Below are positions 1 to 9,171 of a stretch of DNA of 64,000 nt, one piece after another. The stretch comes from an uncultured Chthonomonadaceae bacterium (lineage in GTDB: Bacteria > Armatimonadota > Chthonomonadetes > Chthonomonadales > Chthonomonadaceae). The DNA is taken from positions 144,708-208,707 of the forward strand of contig CAWFQB010000006.1 in assembly GCA_963817895.1 (NCBI GenBank). Reading direction: 5' to 3'. A program made the position numbers and the translations under genes. The notes beneath the pieces are model-generated. The model saw only the letters and a list, made by a program, of their open reading frames with translations. It was not told the DNA's origin and ran no database searches. The stretch's first letter is position 1. Each line of letters starts with the position of its first letter.

Positions 1-252
1 GCAGCACAAGAGCCGCTGTTCCGCCGATTACAGATGCGGAGTTGATCTGCGCCAGCCCCGGCTACATTCCGAAACGCACTGTCGGAACCGTTGATTTAAC
101 ATCCATCGGCAGCCTGCCTGATTTGAAACCGATCAGCGCGTTAGGTTTTGGGTTTGATGTCAACGTGAAAAGCGCATCGGGAGTACACAACTCTCCCAAC
201 GTAAGGGGCGCAAATGGGCGAAATCCATTTCAATTCAAAGGAGGACGCAACA

Positions 253-1287
253 ATGGACGTTAAAGTAGGTTGGCTTTGCGTTCCCCTGCTGGCGGCTTGT
301 CTGTGCGGGTGTGGCGGGAATGGATCGAATCAGAGCGTGGTCAACGCTATGGGCGGTAACACGTCTGCCCCTGCATCTAATACGGTGGCGAAGTCTACAG
401 GCCGACTGGCTTTTCGTATTCAGTGGCCTGCTCAGTCAAAAAAGGCGTCACGCTATCTGCCGATTTACGCGCAAAGCCTGTACATCGAAGTGTATCCAAA
501 AGGCAACGCCGCGCAGCGATATACGGCAGTCGCCAATCGTCCCACTGATGGCGAGACTTCCCAAACCATTACAATAGAAAGCCTGTTGCCCGTAGGAACT
601 TACGCGATAGCCTGCGCCGCGCGAGCAGATGTTGGCGGACAGGGCGCAACGGTCGCCATCGCCACAACCAAATCGCAGCTCAATGCAGGGCAAACCGCAA
701 CCGTTGACTTGACGCTCAATAGTACGCTGAAATCCCTGACCCTGCTGAATCAGCCGTTCATCGTGAAAATGGGAACCACGCTGCAATTGCAGGCGAACGC
801 TGTAGACCCGGATGGCGCGATTGTGCTGCTGCCCGCTTCGGCGCTACAGTTCAGCGTGGTGTCGGGACAAGCGGCGGGCGTGGTTTCGGATGCTGGACTG
901 TTCACCGGACAGCAAAACGGCGCGGCGCGTATTCGCGTCACCGAACCCAACGCCAACATTGCCGCCGAAGCGGACGCGTACGTTGCCGACCAGAACTTTT
1001 TTCAGGTGCTGAACCAGCCGCTTACCCTCAAAGCCGGACAGAGCCTCGCGCTTCAGGTCGCTATTGTTGATTTGACCGGCAAGCCCACAAATCAGCCGTT
1101 TGGGAAAGTCACCTGGAAACTGGTGAGCGGAAGCGATTTCGCGAACCTGACGCCGGATGGCACATTGACAGCCAATGGAGAGGGAACCGCGCGGGTACAG
1201 GCCACCGAGGATAAGCTGGGGCTGACAGCGCAGGCCGATATAACGATTGTGGCCTATGGAACGGGGGTGAACGTTGGAATCCAGTAA
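253..1287 (+). CDS. Secreted lipoprotein with tandem bacterial Ig-like (Big_2-type) domains
   Basis: ORF 214..1287. The ATG at 253 lies 7 nt after AAGGAGGA (238-245). MDVKVGWLCVPLLAACLCGCGG is a signal peptide plus lipobox Cys. Repeated ~90-aa modules (..LQ..AVD.DG......L.F/W.LVSG.....L..DG.LT....G.A.V.A.E) are typical of Big_2. Confidence 0.7.
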   Translation: MDVKVGWLCVPLLAACLCGCGGNGSNQSVVNAMGGNTSAPASNTVAKSTGRLAFRIQWPAQSKKASRYLPIYAQSLYIEVYPKGNAAQRYTAVANRPTDGETSQTITIESLLPVGTYAIACAARADVGGQGATVAIATTKSQLNAGQTATVDLTLNSTLKSLTLLNQPFIVKMGTTLQLQANAVDPDGAIVLLPASALQFSVVSGQAAGVVSDAGLFTGQQNGAARIRVTEPNANIAAEADAYVADQNFFQVLNQPLTLKAGQSLALQVAIVDLTGKPTNQPFGKVTWKLVSGSDFANLTPDGTLTANGEGTARVQATEDKLGLTAQADITIVAYGTGVNVGIQ

Positions 1288-3170
1288 CAAAAAACAGCAG
1301 AATTTGACCCGCCGCAACTTTGCCCTGCTGTTGGGTAGTTCGGGAATCGCTGTCTCGCTGACCGGCTGCGGCGGCGGTTCGGGGAAATCCAGCGTGGCTG
1401 CCAGCAAGGGTACGGGCAAAGTGCGCCTGCGTATCGTGTGGCCTCCAAAGAACAGGGCCACGCCTCCGCATCGTTACATTCCCTCCTACGCGCAAAGCAT
1501 GGTGCTGAACTTAATTCACAACGCTGCCGGGTGTCCGGTACGATCTGACGATAAACCGGCCTGCGGATGGCAGCGCAAACCAAACCGTTCTGTTCGATCA
1601 GGAAATTCGGGTTGGAACGTATGTTCTGAACGCTGCGGCGCAGCAGGATTTGGATGGCAAAGGCACAACCGTTGCCGCCGCTTCCAGCCAGGTTGTCGTG
1701 ACGTTCAATCAGACTGCCGACGCCAACCTCACCATGTCCAGCACGATCTCGACGGTGAAGGTTCTCGGGCAGCCGATCAAACTGCCGATGGGCCAGCATA
1801 TTACGCTGTCGGGGCAGGCGCTGGATCGGGATGGATATGTCCTCGTGCTTGTGGGCGGCGCATTGCAGTGGACGCTTGTTTCGGGAAACGCCTTTGCCGA
1901 TTTAACGCCCGATGGAGTTTTGACCGGCAAAACGCCGGGAACCGCCCGAGTGCGCCTATCGGAACCGGGAGCCGGTATTTCCGATGAGGCGGATGTGCAG
2001 ATTATCGCCACAACATTGTCCCTGGCAAATTCCGGGTGGGCTAAATACCGGGGCGGTATCGGGAACGGCGCGGTGGGCGCGGGAAGCGGCGCGACCAACA
2101 ACATCAAGTGGAACACGACACTCACAGCCTCATCCGCGGACGCAATTCACATGGTCATCGGCGCGGATGGAACGCTGTACGTTCCAGATAACACAACCGG
2201 CGCGCTGACGGCCTACGACAGCGCGGGCGCGCAAAAATGGACGGCGGCTGGCGTCAGCGCGAACGGCGGCGTCGTGATTGCCTCGGATGGAACCGCGATT
2301 GTCACGTCGCCCAACCGGAAACTGCAAACGCTTGACAGCGCGACGCAGGCCGTCAAATGGACTTTCAATGATACCGGAAGCAGCAACTATTCGGGGCCGA
2401 CGCTCGCGCCCAACGGCTTGATTTACATGGTTGCCGATAACACGCTGTACGCCATTTCCAGTGACAGCGGCGCGCTGGCGTGGAAGTATGTGGCGGATGC
2501 GCCCCTAATACCCTCCACGCCTTGTATCGGCCCGGATGGAACCGTATTCATCTCGACAAACGCTTCGGTTCAGGCCATCAGCGCGGGGCAGATGGTGTGG
2601 CGGGCTGCGCTTGAGAGTGGAGCAGCGGCTCCGATTGCTATGCCGGTTTTAAGCAGTGACGGCAGTACCCTGTTCATATCGGGGTTGTTCTACGGCTCGT
2701 ATTCGCTTTATGCTCTGAGCAGCAGTTCCGGGGCATTCCTGTGGAAGTATGCGGGAGCCAACTGGTTTGGTTCTTTGCCCGCTGTCTCCCCAACCGAAAA
2801 CGTTGTCTACTACATCAATGGTCACTTTTCCAGTGGCATCGTCGGATTCAATGGAGGATACAACCTCTTCGCTTTTGACGGAGCGACAGGAAACCAGAAA
2901 TGGTCGTATAGTTCAGGAGGTTTTGTTGGAACAAGCAACCCCATTGTTGCCGCTGATGGAATCGTCTACTACGGATACGACTACAATCCCGGCGGCACCT
3001 TCAATTATCCTTCTCCCGCCGCTCTGCTCGCGCTTAAGCCAACGGACGGCAGTGCGCAATGGGCGTACATCAGCCCCAATGGCGGAACCGCCTCCGTATA
3101 TCCTGCTGCTGTTGGATCAGACGGAACGTTGTACGCGGTGTCAAGCGGGAGCCTGATCGCGTTCAAGTAG
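1274..3170 (+). pseudogene. Paralogous lipoprotein (Big_2 domain + PQQ-like beta-propeller repeats) interrupted by one frameshift
   Basis: ORF 1274..1987 gives the lipobox LLLGSSGIAVSLTGCGGG and RLRIVWPPK..YIPSYAQSM, matching RLAFRIQWPAQ..YLPIYAQSL of the upstream gene. Similarity continues in another frame from ~1515 (TTLPGVRYDLTINRPADGSANQTVLFDQEIRVGTYVLNAAAQ vs RYTAVANRPTDGETSQTITIESLLPVGTYAIACAA) into ORF 1650..3170. The C-terminal half has repeated DG(T/I)(L/V/I)Y blades. The frame switch maps to TTAATT at 1511-1516. Confidence 0.7.
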
Positions 3171-3250
3171 CCAGAAATAAGACACCTTTCTCAGGAGTCT
3201 ACTTGCGAATACAGGCTTTCTGTTGTTCACGGCAACTTTGAAAACGTTTC

Positions 3251-3284
3251 AAAAATGCCGCGTCTGCACGGACGCGGCATTTTA
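3251..3284. terminator. Bidirectional intrinsic terminator
   Basis: AAAAA-ATGCCGCGTC-tgcacg-GACGCGGCAT-TTTT. A 10-bp GC-rich stem flanked by an A-run and a T-run, between convergent genes ending at 3170 (+) and 3312 (-). Confidence 0.7.
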
Positions 3285-3311
3285 TACTGTTTCGCTCTTT
3301 GCGCGAACATC

Positions 3312-4205
3312 TTATTCAGTCGCGCCATGCTGAAGAAGGAGGGGAATCAGGGCGTCGTTGTGCTGTTCGCGGGCAATGGTGAGGGCGGTTTTGTGGTACT
3401 TGTTGCGTTGGTTCACGTTGGCATGGCGCAGCAGCAGCAGGTTCTCAATAGCAATCACGTCTTTTTCGGGAACCACATTATGCGCAAACATCGCAATGTT
3501 CATCAGGGGCGTGTAGCCGAAGTTGTCCCAGACATTGGGATTCGCGCCGGATTGGAGGAGCAGACGCGCCGCTTCAAATTTGTAATCGTAAATGGTGTAG
3601 TGCAGGGGCGTCGCGCCCAGACTATCCCGAATATTGATGTGGGGATGGCGCTGAAGTAAATGCCGCATTGCGTCCGCATCTCCCCATTTCGCTGTCAGCA
3701 TGAGGAGCGTGACGTTCTTACGCTCCCAATTTTCATACGAGGCGTTGGAGTCGGCTCCATACCGCAGCAGAGTGTTGAAGAGCGCTTTGTCTCTATCCTC
3801 GACGGCTTTCCAGAGAAGTGACGGTCCGCTTTCTCGCGGATCGTGAGCAAGGGCCTCGTCCCGAAATTCGTAGCGCCAGTATGAGAAGGACAGCATCCCG
3901 CGCTGAAAACGATGGCTCATCTCCGCAGGGAAAGAGCCATAGGGATAGGCTTGCGTGTGAACATTCGGGTCCGCCCCCTGTTGAAGCAAATCTTCTATTT
4001 TATCCGTGTGTCCGGCATAGGACAAATCCTTTTGCTGTTTATGTCTCAGGTCTTCCTGCCGGTCTGCAACCGCTTCCAGAAGGCCAATATTGAGGGATTT
4101 CCGCCGCGCTCCCTGATACGTCCAGGCCGCAAACGCGGCGCAGGACAATACGCCAATCCCCCAATTACGCAGGGCGCGGCGAAAGCGGGCGGATCGGCTT
4201 TTCAT
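3312..4205 (-). CDS. Ankyrin-repeat protein with N-terminal membrane anchor
   Basis: 297-aa ORF. Repeat ends LLQQGADPNV, LLRYGADSNA, LLQSGANPNV and LLQHGA are typical ANK repeats. N-terminal hydrophobic helix WGIGVLSCAAFAAW. Confidence 0.8.
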   Translation of the reverse strand: MKSRSARFRRALRNWGIGVLSCAAFAAWTYQGARRKSLNIGLLEAVADRQEDLRHKQQKDLSYAGHTDKIEDLLQQGADPNVHTQAYPYGSFPAEMSHRFQRGMLSFSYWRYEFRDEALAHDPRESGPSLLWKAVEDRDKALFNTLLRYGADSNASYENWERKNVTLLMLTAKWGDADAMRHLLQRHPHINIRDSLGATPLHYTIYDYKFEAARLLLQSGANPNVWDNFGYTPLMNIAMFAHNVVPEKDVIAIENLLLLRHANVNQRNKYHKTALTIAREQHNDALIPLLLQHGATE

Positions 4206-4222
4206 CCCTCATCCCTCATCCC
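4202..4222. repeat. Heptamer tandem repeat (TCATCCC)3, i.e. (GGGATGA)3 on the minus strand
   Basis: Read directly. Unit 3 contains the TGA stop of the amidase (4216-4218) and unit 1 contains the ATG of the ankyrin gene (4203-4205). Confidence 0.9.
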
Positions 4223-6042
4223 TGCATATCGGGCCATTGCTTGTGCCAGTTGGTAGCGCGTTCATACGCCAACCCAAGTCGCAGAATGGCGGCTTCGTTG
4301 TACAGGTTGCCGACAAACTCGATGGATTGGGGAACGCCGTCCACCAGTCCGCAGCGCGTTACCAGCGTGGGATGGCCGGTCAGATTGGTGTATACCAGAG
4401 TGGGGCCGTGAAAGGGAACGGTCACGTAGCAGTCTATGTCCTTGAACGTGGCGGCCATCTCCTGCTGCAAGCGGGTTCGCAGGCGCATGGCCTGTAGATA
4501 GTCGGACGCGGGAATGGTGCTGCCGATGCGGAACGTGTTCGGCCAACTGCCATCTTCCTGCTGCGCCAGTTCATCCAGTTTGCCGCTTGCCGAAAGTTTG
4601 TCGAAAGCCGCCGCGCCCTCCGCGTCAATGGTCAGCCAGGCAATCGGCTGATACAATTCGCGCGTTTTTGGGCAGGTCGATGGGAACAGGCGTCACGCCC
4701 ATTTTATGCAGCGTGTCCAGCGCGTCCTTATACGTTTGCGCCCGTTTGCCCTCTTTGGCGGCGGCATCGAACGCGGTCTGGTCTATGCCCACGCGCAGGT
4801 TTCTCAGGGGCAGGTTCGGGTTCCAGCGGAACGGCACATCTGCCACTGTCGCGTCCCGTCCGTCCGGGCCGTAAATGGCGTTCAGGACGAGGGCGCAATC
4901 CTCCACGCCCCGGCACATCGGCCCGATTTTGTCCATTGTCCACGAGAGCGGCATGGCTCCATAGCGGGAAACGCGCCCGAACGTAGGCCGCAATCCCGTC
5001 ACGCCGTTGCGCACGGAGGGGCTGACGATACTGCCCAGTGTTTCCGTGCCGATGCTGAAGCCGACCAGTCCCGCCGCCGTCGCGCTGCCCGGCCCCGCCG
5101 AGGATGCCGCTGGAACCCTGCTTTGTGTTCCAGGGATTGCGCGTCATGCCGCCGAACCACACGTCGCCCATCGCCAGTTCGCCCATCGTGAGTTTGGCGA
5201 CCAGCACCGCGCCCGCCGCTTCCAACCGCTCCACAACCGTCGCGTCGTAATCGAAAATCTGATGCTCATAGGGTTTCGCGCCCCAGGTCGTGGGGATATT
5301 GCTTGGTTGCCAGCAGGTCTTTGCCGCCCCAGGGGATGCCGTGCAGCGGGCCGCGATATTGCCCTCCGCCATTTCCCTGTCGGCGCGTTCCGCCTGCCTC
5401 AGCGCCAGGTCTTCCGTCAGGTTGACTACGTTGAGCAGGCGCGGGCCGTAGCGTCTTCAGCCGGTCCAGATACATGCGCGTCAACTGCATAGAGGTGACT
5501 TTGCCCGCCTGGATCAGCGCGGACAATTCCACTGTGGAAGCAAAAGCAAGCGATTCCGGGTTGCCGTCGTAGTGGGGCAGGGGAACGCGGCTCATGCGGA
5601 ACGAACCTTTGCCGGTCGCGAACTTCATACCGGGCAGGCGCGGGTCGAAATGGACGGCGGGCGCGAGCAGCGGGTCGGTATCGCCCGTGCGTAATGTCTG
5701 TATGTTCTGGCGAATAGCGCCAAGTGAGCGCGTCATCTGTTCGCGCTGTTTGTCCGTATACGCGCGTCCGGCCAGTTTATCGGCTGCGGCAATATCCCCT
5801 GTGGTAATGGCGTCTTCGGGCGCAACTGCGGGCGCGTTGACTTCTTCCGCGACAGCGGCAGACGCGGTTCCCGCCAATCCCGCCGCCACAAGCCCTTTAA
5901 CGAACTCACGCCGGGGCAATTTCCTGTTCTTGTTGGCTTTGGAAGAGGGTTCCGTGTTCGCAACCGTAGCTTCGGGCGCGTCGGGTGTGGGATTCAGTGT
6001 ATCCGCAGCCTCAGTAGTGGTCGCATCGTGTCGTCGTGGCAA
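4216..6042 (-). pseudogene. Amidase-signature family amidase with Tat signal, split by at least five frame changes
   Basis: Four overlapping minus ORFs (5266..6042, 4728..5372, 4625..5014, 4216..4656) read as one amidase. The pieces are the Tat motif RREFVKGLVAAGLAG, GPLHGIPWGGKDLL, NIPTTWGAKPYE..VVERLEAAGAVLVAKL, GSSG/SSAGPGSATAAGLVGFSIGTETLGSI (GGSSGGS-type signature), VRNGVTGLRPTFGRVSRYG and C-terminal FVGNLYNEAAILRLGLAYE. The last frame switch is in a T5 run at 4664-4668. Confidence 0.75.
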
Positions 6043-6157
6043 TGATTTTCCTCGCTATATAAAAAGTTCAAAGTGAAAATTTAGAAACTGCTACTACGCG
6101 CAGAAGTCGGAAATGTTCCTGTTCCAACCACCAATCACCAGCCACCAACCACCAACC

Positions 6158-7072
6158 TCAACGATGTGTCGGCGGGGCCAATCCCTGATGCGCCTCCTGC
6201 GGGTCGAGCAAAAAACTGTCGGCAAGCAGCGTTTGGGTTTGGGCGGATGTGGCCGCGCCATGCGATTGCAGCAGATTGACCAGTGAACGCAATCGGTTCA
6301 ATTGCGCCTGATGCTGCCGCGTCACCATTTCCGGGGTCGGGTGGGACGGCAACACGACACCTCCGGGCGGCGACGTGACGGGCGCGGGATGCTTCTGCCC
6401 CGATTTAGCCAGCACGTCCATATACGTTGCCAGCCACTCTCGATGCACTTCAGCGGCAAGGACGGCAAGGTCGTCGAGGGGCGTTAGCCCTTCGGCGTTG
6501 GCAAGGTTCGGGTTTGCGCCGTGATCCAGCAGCAGGGCGCAGTTGACCGCGTTTTTTTGCGCGACGGCAAGGTGCAGGGCCGTGTTGCCGATCTTGTTCG
6601 CGTGGTTCACATCCGCCCGCGCTGTGAGCAGGTCCAGCAGAATGTCGCGGTCATTGTGGTCTACGGCGTACATCAGGGGCGTGCTGCCCATGCCGTCCGG
6701 CGCATCCACGTTCGCGTTGCGCGCAAGCAGTTCCGGCAACAGGATTTTGCGGCTGTAGGCGGCAGTCAGGGACAGCAGGGGAACGCTTTGCAACTCATCT
6801 CCCGACAATTTGCCGCGCAATCGCGCCTTCAGCCCTGACCAGAAGCCGGAAGGAAAAGGCTTGCGCGTTCGTGAATCGAAGCGCAGGTTCGCGTCCGCGC
6901 CCTGCTGCAAGCAGGCCACCCCTTGTTGTTCCTGCCCTGTGTACGCGGCCTGAATCAGCGTCGCATTGAGCCGCTCGGCGCGTGACCCGGCAACGACCAT
7001 ATACAGGAAAGCGCCCATTATAAGCGCGATTGCCGTTAGCAGTATCCATCGGGCGCGAAATTTCGGTTTCAT
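6158..7072 (-). CDS. Ankyrin-repeat protein with N-terminal membrane anchor
   Basis: ORF 6158..7213. The likely start is the ATG at 7072 (MKPKFRARWILLTAIALIMGAFLYMVVAG is a TM helix). ANK motifs G.TPLMYAV..N, LL...ADVN, GNTALHLAV, LLLDHGANPNL. Confidence 0.75.
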   Translation of the reverse strand: MKPKFRARWILLTAIALIMGAFLYMVVAGSRAERLNATLIQAAYTGQEQQGVACLQQGADANLRFDSRTRKPFPSGFWSGLKARLRGKLSGDELQSVPLLSLTAAYSRKILLPELLARNANVDAPDGMGSTPLMYAVDHNDRDILLDLLTARADVNHANKIGNTALHLAVAQKNAVNCALLLDHGANPNLANAEGLTPLDDLAVLAAEVHREWLATYMDVLAKSGQKHPAPVTSPPGGVVLPSHPTPEMVTRQHQAQLNRLRSLVNLLQSHGAATSAQTQTLLADSFLLDPQEAHQGLAPPTHR

Positions 7073-7149
7073 AATGGAAATTGTACACCATTTTGCGCCG
7101 AAAACGGGTGTTGAAAACGCTTGCTGTGAAATGAGCGCGGCGTGGTTGC

Positions 7150-7281
7150 CAGGGATTGAAAATCCCTGTCTACACAAAACAAGCGTCCTTCGGACGCGAT
7201 TGCATAGCATCAAGATTCCCGCGTCCGCAGGACGCTTGCACTTTCCTGCCGGGGAAAGAGATTTAATCTGAAATCCCCGGC
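7150..7281. repeat. Multi-hairpin element (twin GTCC-N4-GGAC hairpins flanked by TGAA-loop hairpins), locus 1
   Basis: CAGGGAT-tgaaa-ATCCCTG (7150-7168), GCGTCC-ttcg-GGACGC (7183-7197), GCGTCC-gcag-GGACGC (7221-7235), GCCGGGGA-N18-TCCCCGGC (7248-7281). In the divergent intergenic region 7073-7411. Confidence 0.8.
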
Positions 7282-7411
7282 CCCTGTTTCACAGCAAGCG
7301 TTGAAAATCCCCGGCAAACTCCAACAGGGATTGGGAGGCGGCATGGTGAATACTGTTTCCGCATAGCGCCAAGTACAGCAAGAAGCATAGCAGAACGCGA
7401 ACGAACAGGAC

Positions 7412-8497
7412 ATGAACAATATGAATATCAGTGTGGAGAGTTTCAGCGTTACCAAGCGGCATCCGCTCACGATCAGCCGGGGAACCAGCGCGGGTTCGGA
7501 AAACCTGCTGGTGACGGTGGAACATGAGAAGATTACGGGCATGGGAGAGATGGCTCCCACATCCGGCGGGGCGGTTGCGGAAACAGCGGACACCGCCGAA
7601 AACGCCCTTCTGCGCTGGATACCCCTGCTGGCCCATGTTGCGCCCTGGGACATGCAGCGCATCGAAACGTTGCTGAATGTGCAGGAGGGCGAGCGGGCGG
7701 CGTATTGCGCGCTGGATTGCGCCCTGCACGACTGGCAGGGCAAGCGGCTGAATATGCCCGTGTGGAAACTGCTTGGACTGGACATTGCCGTCATGCCGCC
7801 GACTTCGCTCACAATCGGCATCAATCCGCCCGATGTAATCCGCGTCCGCGTTCCCGAACTTCTGGCGCGAACAAACGCCAAATTCCTGAAAATCAAACTC
7901 GGCAACTCGCAGGGTCTGACGGCGGATAAAGCGGGTTTCATGGCTGCGCAGGAATCGGCGACGGAGTACGCGCAGACAACCGGAAGCGTCCCCGTCGGCT
8001 GGCGCGTGGACGCTAATGGCGGCTGGACGGTTCGGGAAGCGCAGCATACGCTCGACTGGCTGGCAGAGCGGAATGTGGCGTTTGTAGAACAGCCTTTACC
8101 GCGTGGGCGGGAAGCGGACTTAGCCGTTCTGCACAAACACGCGCCACTGCCGATTTATGTGGATGAGAGCGTCCGAACCGCCCGCGACATTCCCCCTCTG
8201 GCAAAGAATGTGGACGGCGTGAACCTCAAACTGATGAAATGCGGCGGACTGCGCGAAGCCCTGCGCATCATCCATACCGCTCGCGCGCACGGCCTGAAAC
8301 TGATGATCGGCTGCATGTCGGAAACCTCGCTGGCAATCACCGCAGCGGCGCAGTTAGGCTCCCTGGTAGACGAACTCGATCTGGACAGCCATCTCAACCT
8401 CAATCCCGACCCATTCGTTGGCGCGACGTATGCGAATGGAACCGTCAGCCCAACCGACGCGCCCGGACTTGGCGTTCATCCCGCACCAAGCGTGTAG
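7412..8497 (+). CDS. Dipeptide epimerase (enolase superfamily, L-Ala-D/L-Glu epimerase-like)
   Basis: 361-aa ORF with enolase-superfamily catalytic blocks FLKIKLG, RVDANGGW, FVEQPL, IYVDES, NLKLMKCGG, MIGCMSETSLAITAAAQL. Confidence 0.8.
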   Translation: MNNMNISVESFSVTKRHPLTISRGTSAGSENLLVTVEHEKITGMGEMAPTSGGAVAETADTAENALLRWIPLLAHVAPWDMQRIETLLNVQEGERAAYCALDCALHDWQGKRLNMPVWKLLGLDIAVMPPTSLTIGINPPDVIRVRVPELLARTNAKFLKIKLGNSQGLTADKAGFMAAQESATEYAQTTGSVPVGWRVDANGGWTVREAQHTLDWLAERNVAFVEQPLPRGREADLAVLHKHAPLPIYVDESVRTARDIPPLAKNVDGVNLKLMKCGGLREALRIIHTARAHGLKLMIGCMSETSLAITAAAQLGSLVDELDLDSHLNLNPDPFVGATYANGTVSPTDAPGLGVHPAPSV

Positions 8498-8523
8498 CCT
8501 GTTTTCGATATACATTGGAGGGG

Positions 8524-8641
8524 TAACTATTCACCACCAAGACGCCAGGAACACCAAGCAGAATGCGAAGAAAAACATTGCTTCGCCTGTTTTGCGCCTT
8601 TTATAGCTTGGTGTTCCTGGCGTCTTGGTGGTGAATAGTTA
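8524..8641. repeat. 36-bp perfect inverted repeat (long hairpin) between convergent genes
   Basis: TAACTATTCACCACCAAGACGCCAGGAACACCAAGC at 8524-8559 and its exact reverse complement at 8606-8641. The 46-nt loop contains an inner stem GCGAAG/CTTCGC. Confidence 0.9.
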
Positions 8642-8684
8642 TCACACTTGAAAAGACAGAGGCTTTCGTCTCTCCCGCCGTTTC

Positions 8685-8957
8685 TTAAATCTCGTCCTCG
8701 TCCTCATCCTCGCTGGGATCAATGTACACGGTGACGTTTTGCAGCGTTTTGTCGCCGCCCTCTTTGGGAAGCTCGTAGTACACGTCAATCACTTCCCACA
8801 CATTGGTAATCCCCTTCTTTTCCGCTTCGTCCACGTCCATCATAATGGACTCGCCGATGCGCGGCACATGGATACTCTGCACTTCGGCAATCACAACGGG
8901 TTCTTCATCGGTGTCCGGGTAGTACACGAAGGTCAGATTGAGCTGAGACGGGTTCAT
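8685..8957 (-). CDS. Small acidic hypothetical protein
   Basis: ORF 8685..9029. The ATG at 8957 is preceded by AAGGAGAA (7-nt spacer). 90 aa ending in an acidic tail SEDEDEDEI. No family recognised. Confidence 0.5.
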   Translation of the reverse strand: MNPSQLNLTFVYYPDTDEEPVVIAEVQSIHVPRIGESIMMDVDEAEKKGITNVWEVIDVYYELPKEGGDKTLQNVTVYIDPSEDEDEDEI

Positions 8958-9052
8958 GGCACATTCTCCTTGATGGTAGGGGTTCGCAAAATGATCTGGT
9001 TTCGGCACTGCCACTGCGACAGAACACAACGCTGTATACGGGTATCAGGGTT

Positions 9053-9171
9053 TTAGGGTTCTATGGTTCTATGGTTTTAGGGGAAATACATTGTTTTTGT
9101 GCTTTCCACCCCTTTGAACCGTGTGCCTGAACACCTCAGAACCCTAAAACCATAGAACCATAGAACCCTAA
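9053..9171. repeat. 30-bp perfect inverted repeat (long hairpin) abutting the sanA stop
   Basis: TTAGGGTTCTATGGTTCTATGGTTTTAGGG at 9053-9082 and its exact reverse complement at 9142-9171, with a 59-nt loop. The arm contains the tandem 8-mer CTATGGTT x2. Confidence 0.9.

Noticed and set aside
6101-6160. CCA(A/C)C-rich periodic stretch (GTTCCAACCACCAATCACCAGCCACCAACCACCAACC) considered as another hairpin arm
   Set aside because: No complementary partner is found nearby. It is recorded only as low-complexity sequence between the amidase start and the ankyrin stop.
7210-8136. Minus-strand ORFs 7210..8136 and 7289..8047
   Set aside because: They are antisense to the well-supported dipeptide epimerase gene and have Ser/Arg/Cys-rich, non-protein-like composition.
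8524-9171. Possibility that the repeated hairpins represent a CRISPR array
   Set aside because: There is no regular direct repeat-spacer periodicity. The units are inverted repeats of different sequence at separate loci, and no cas genes are present.
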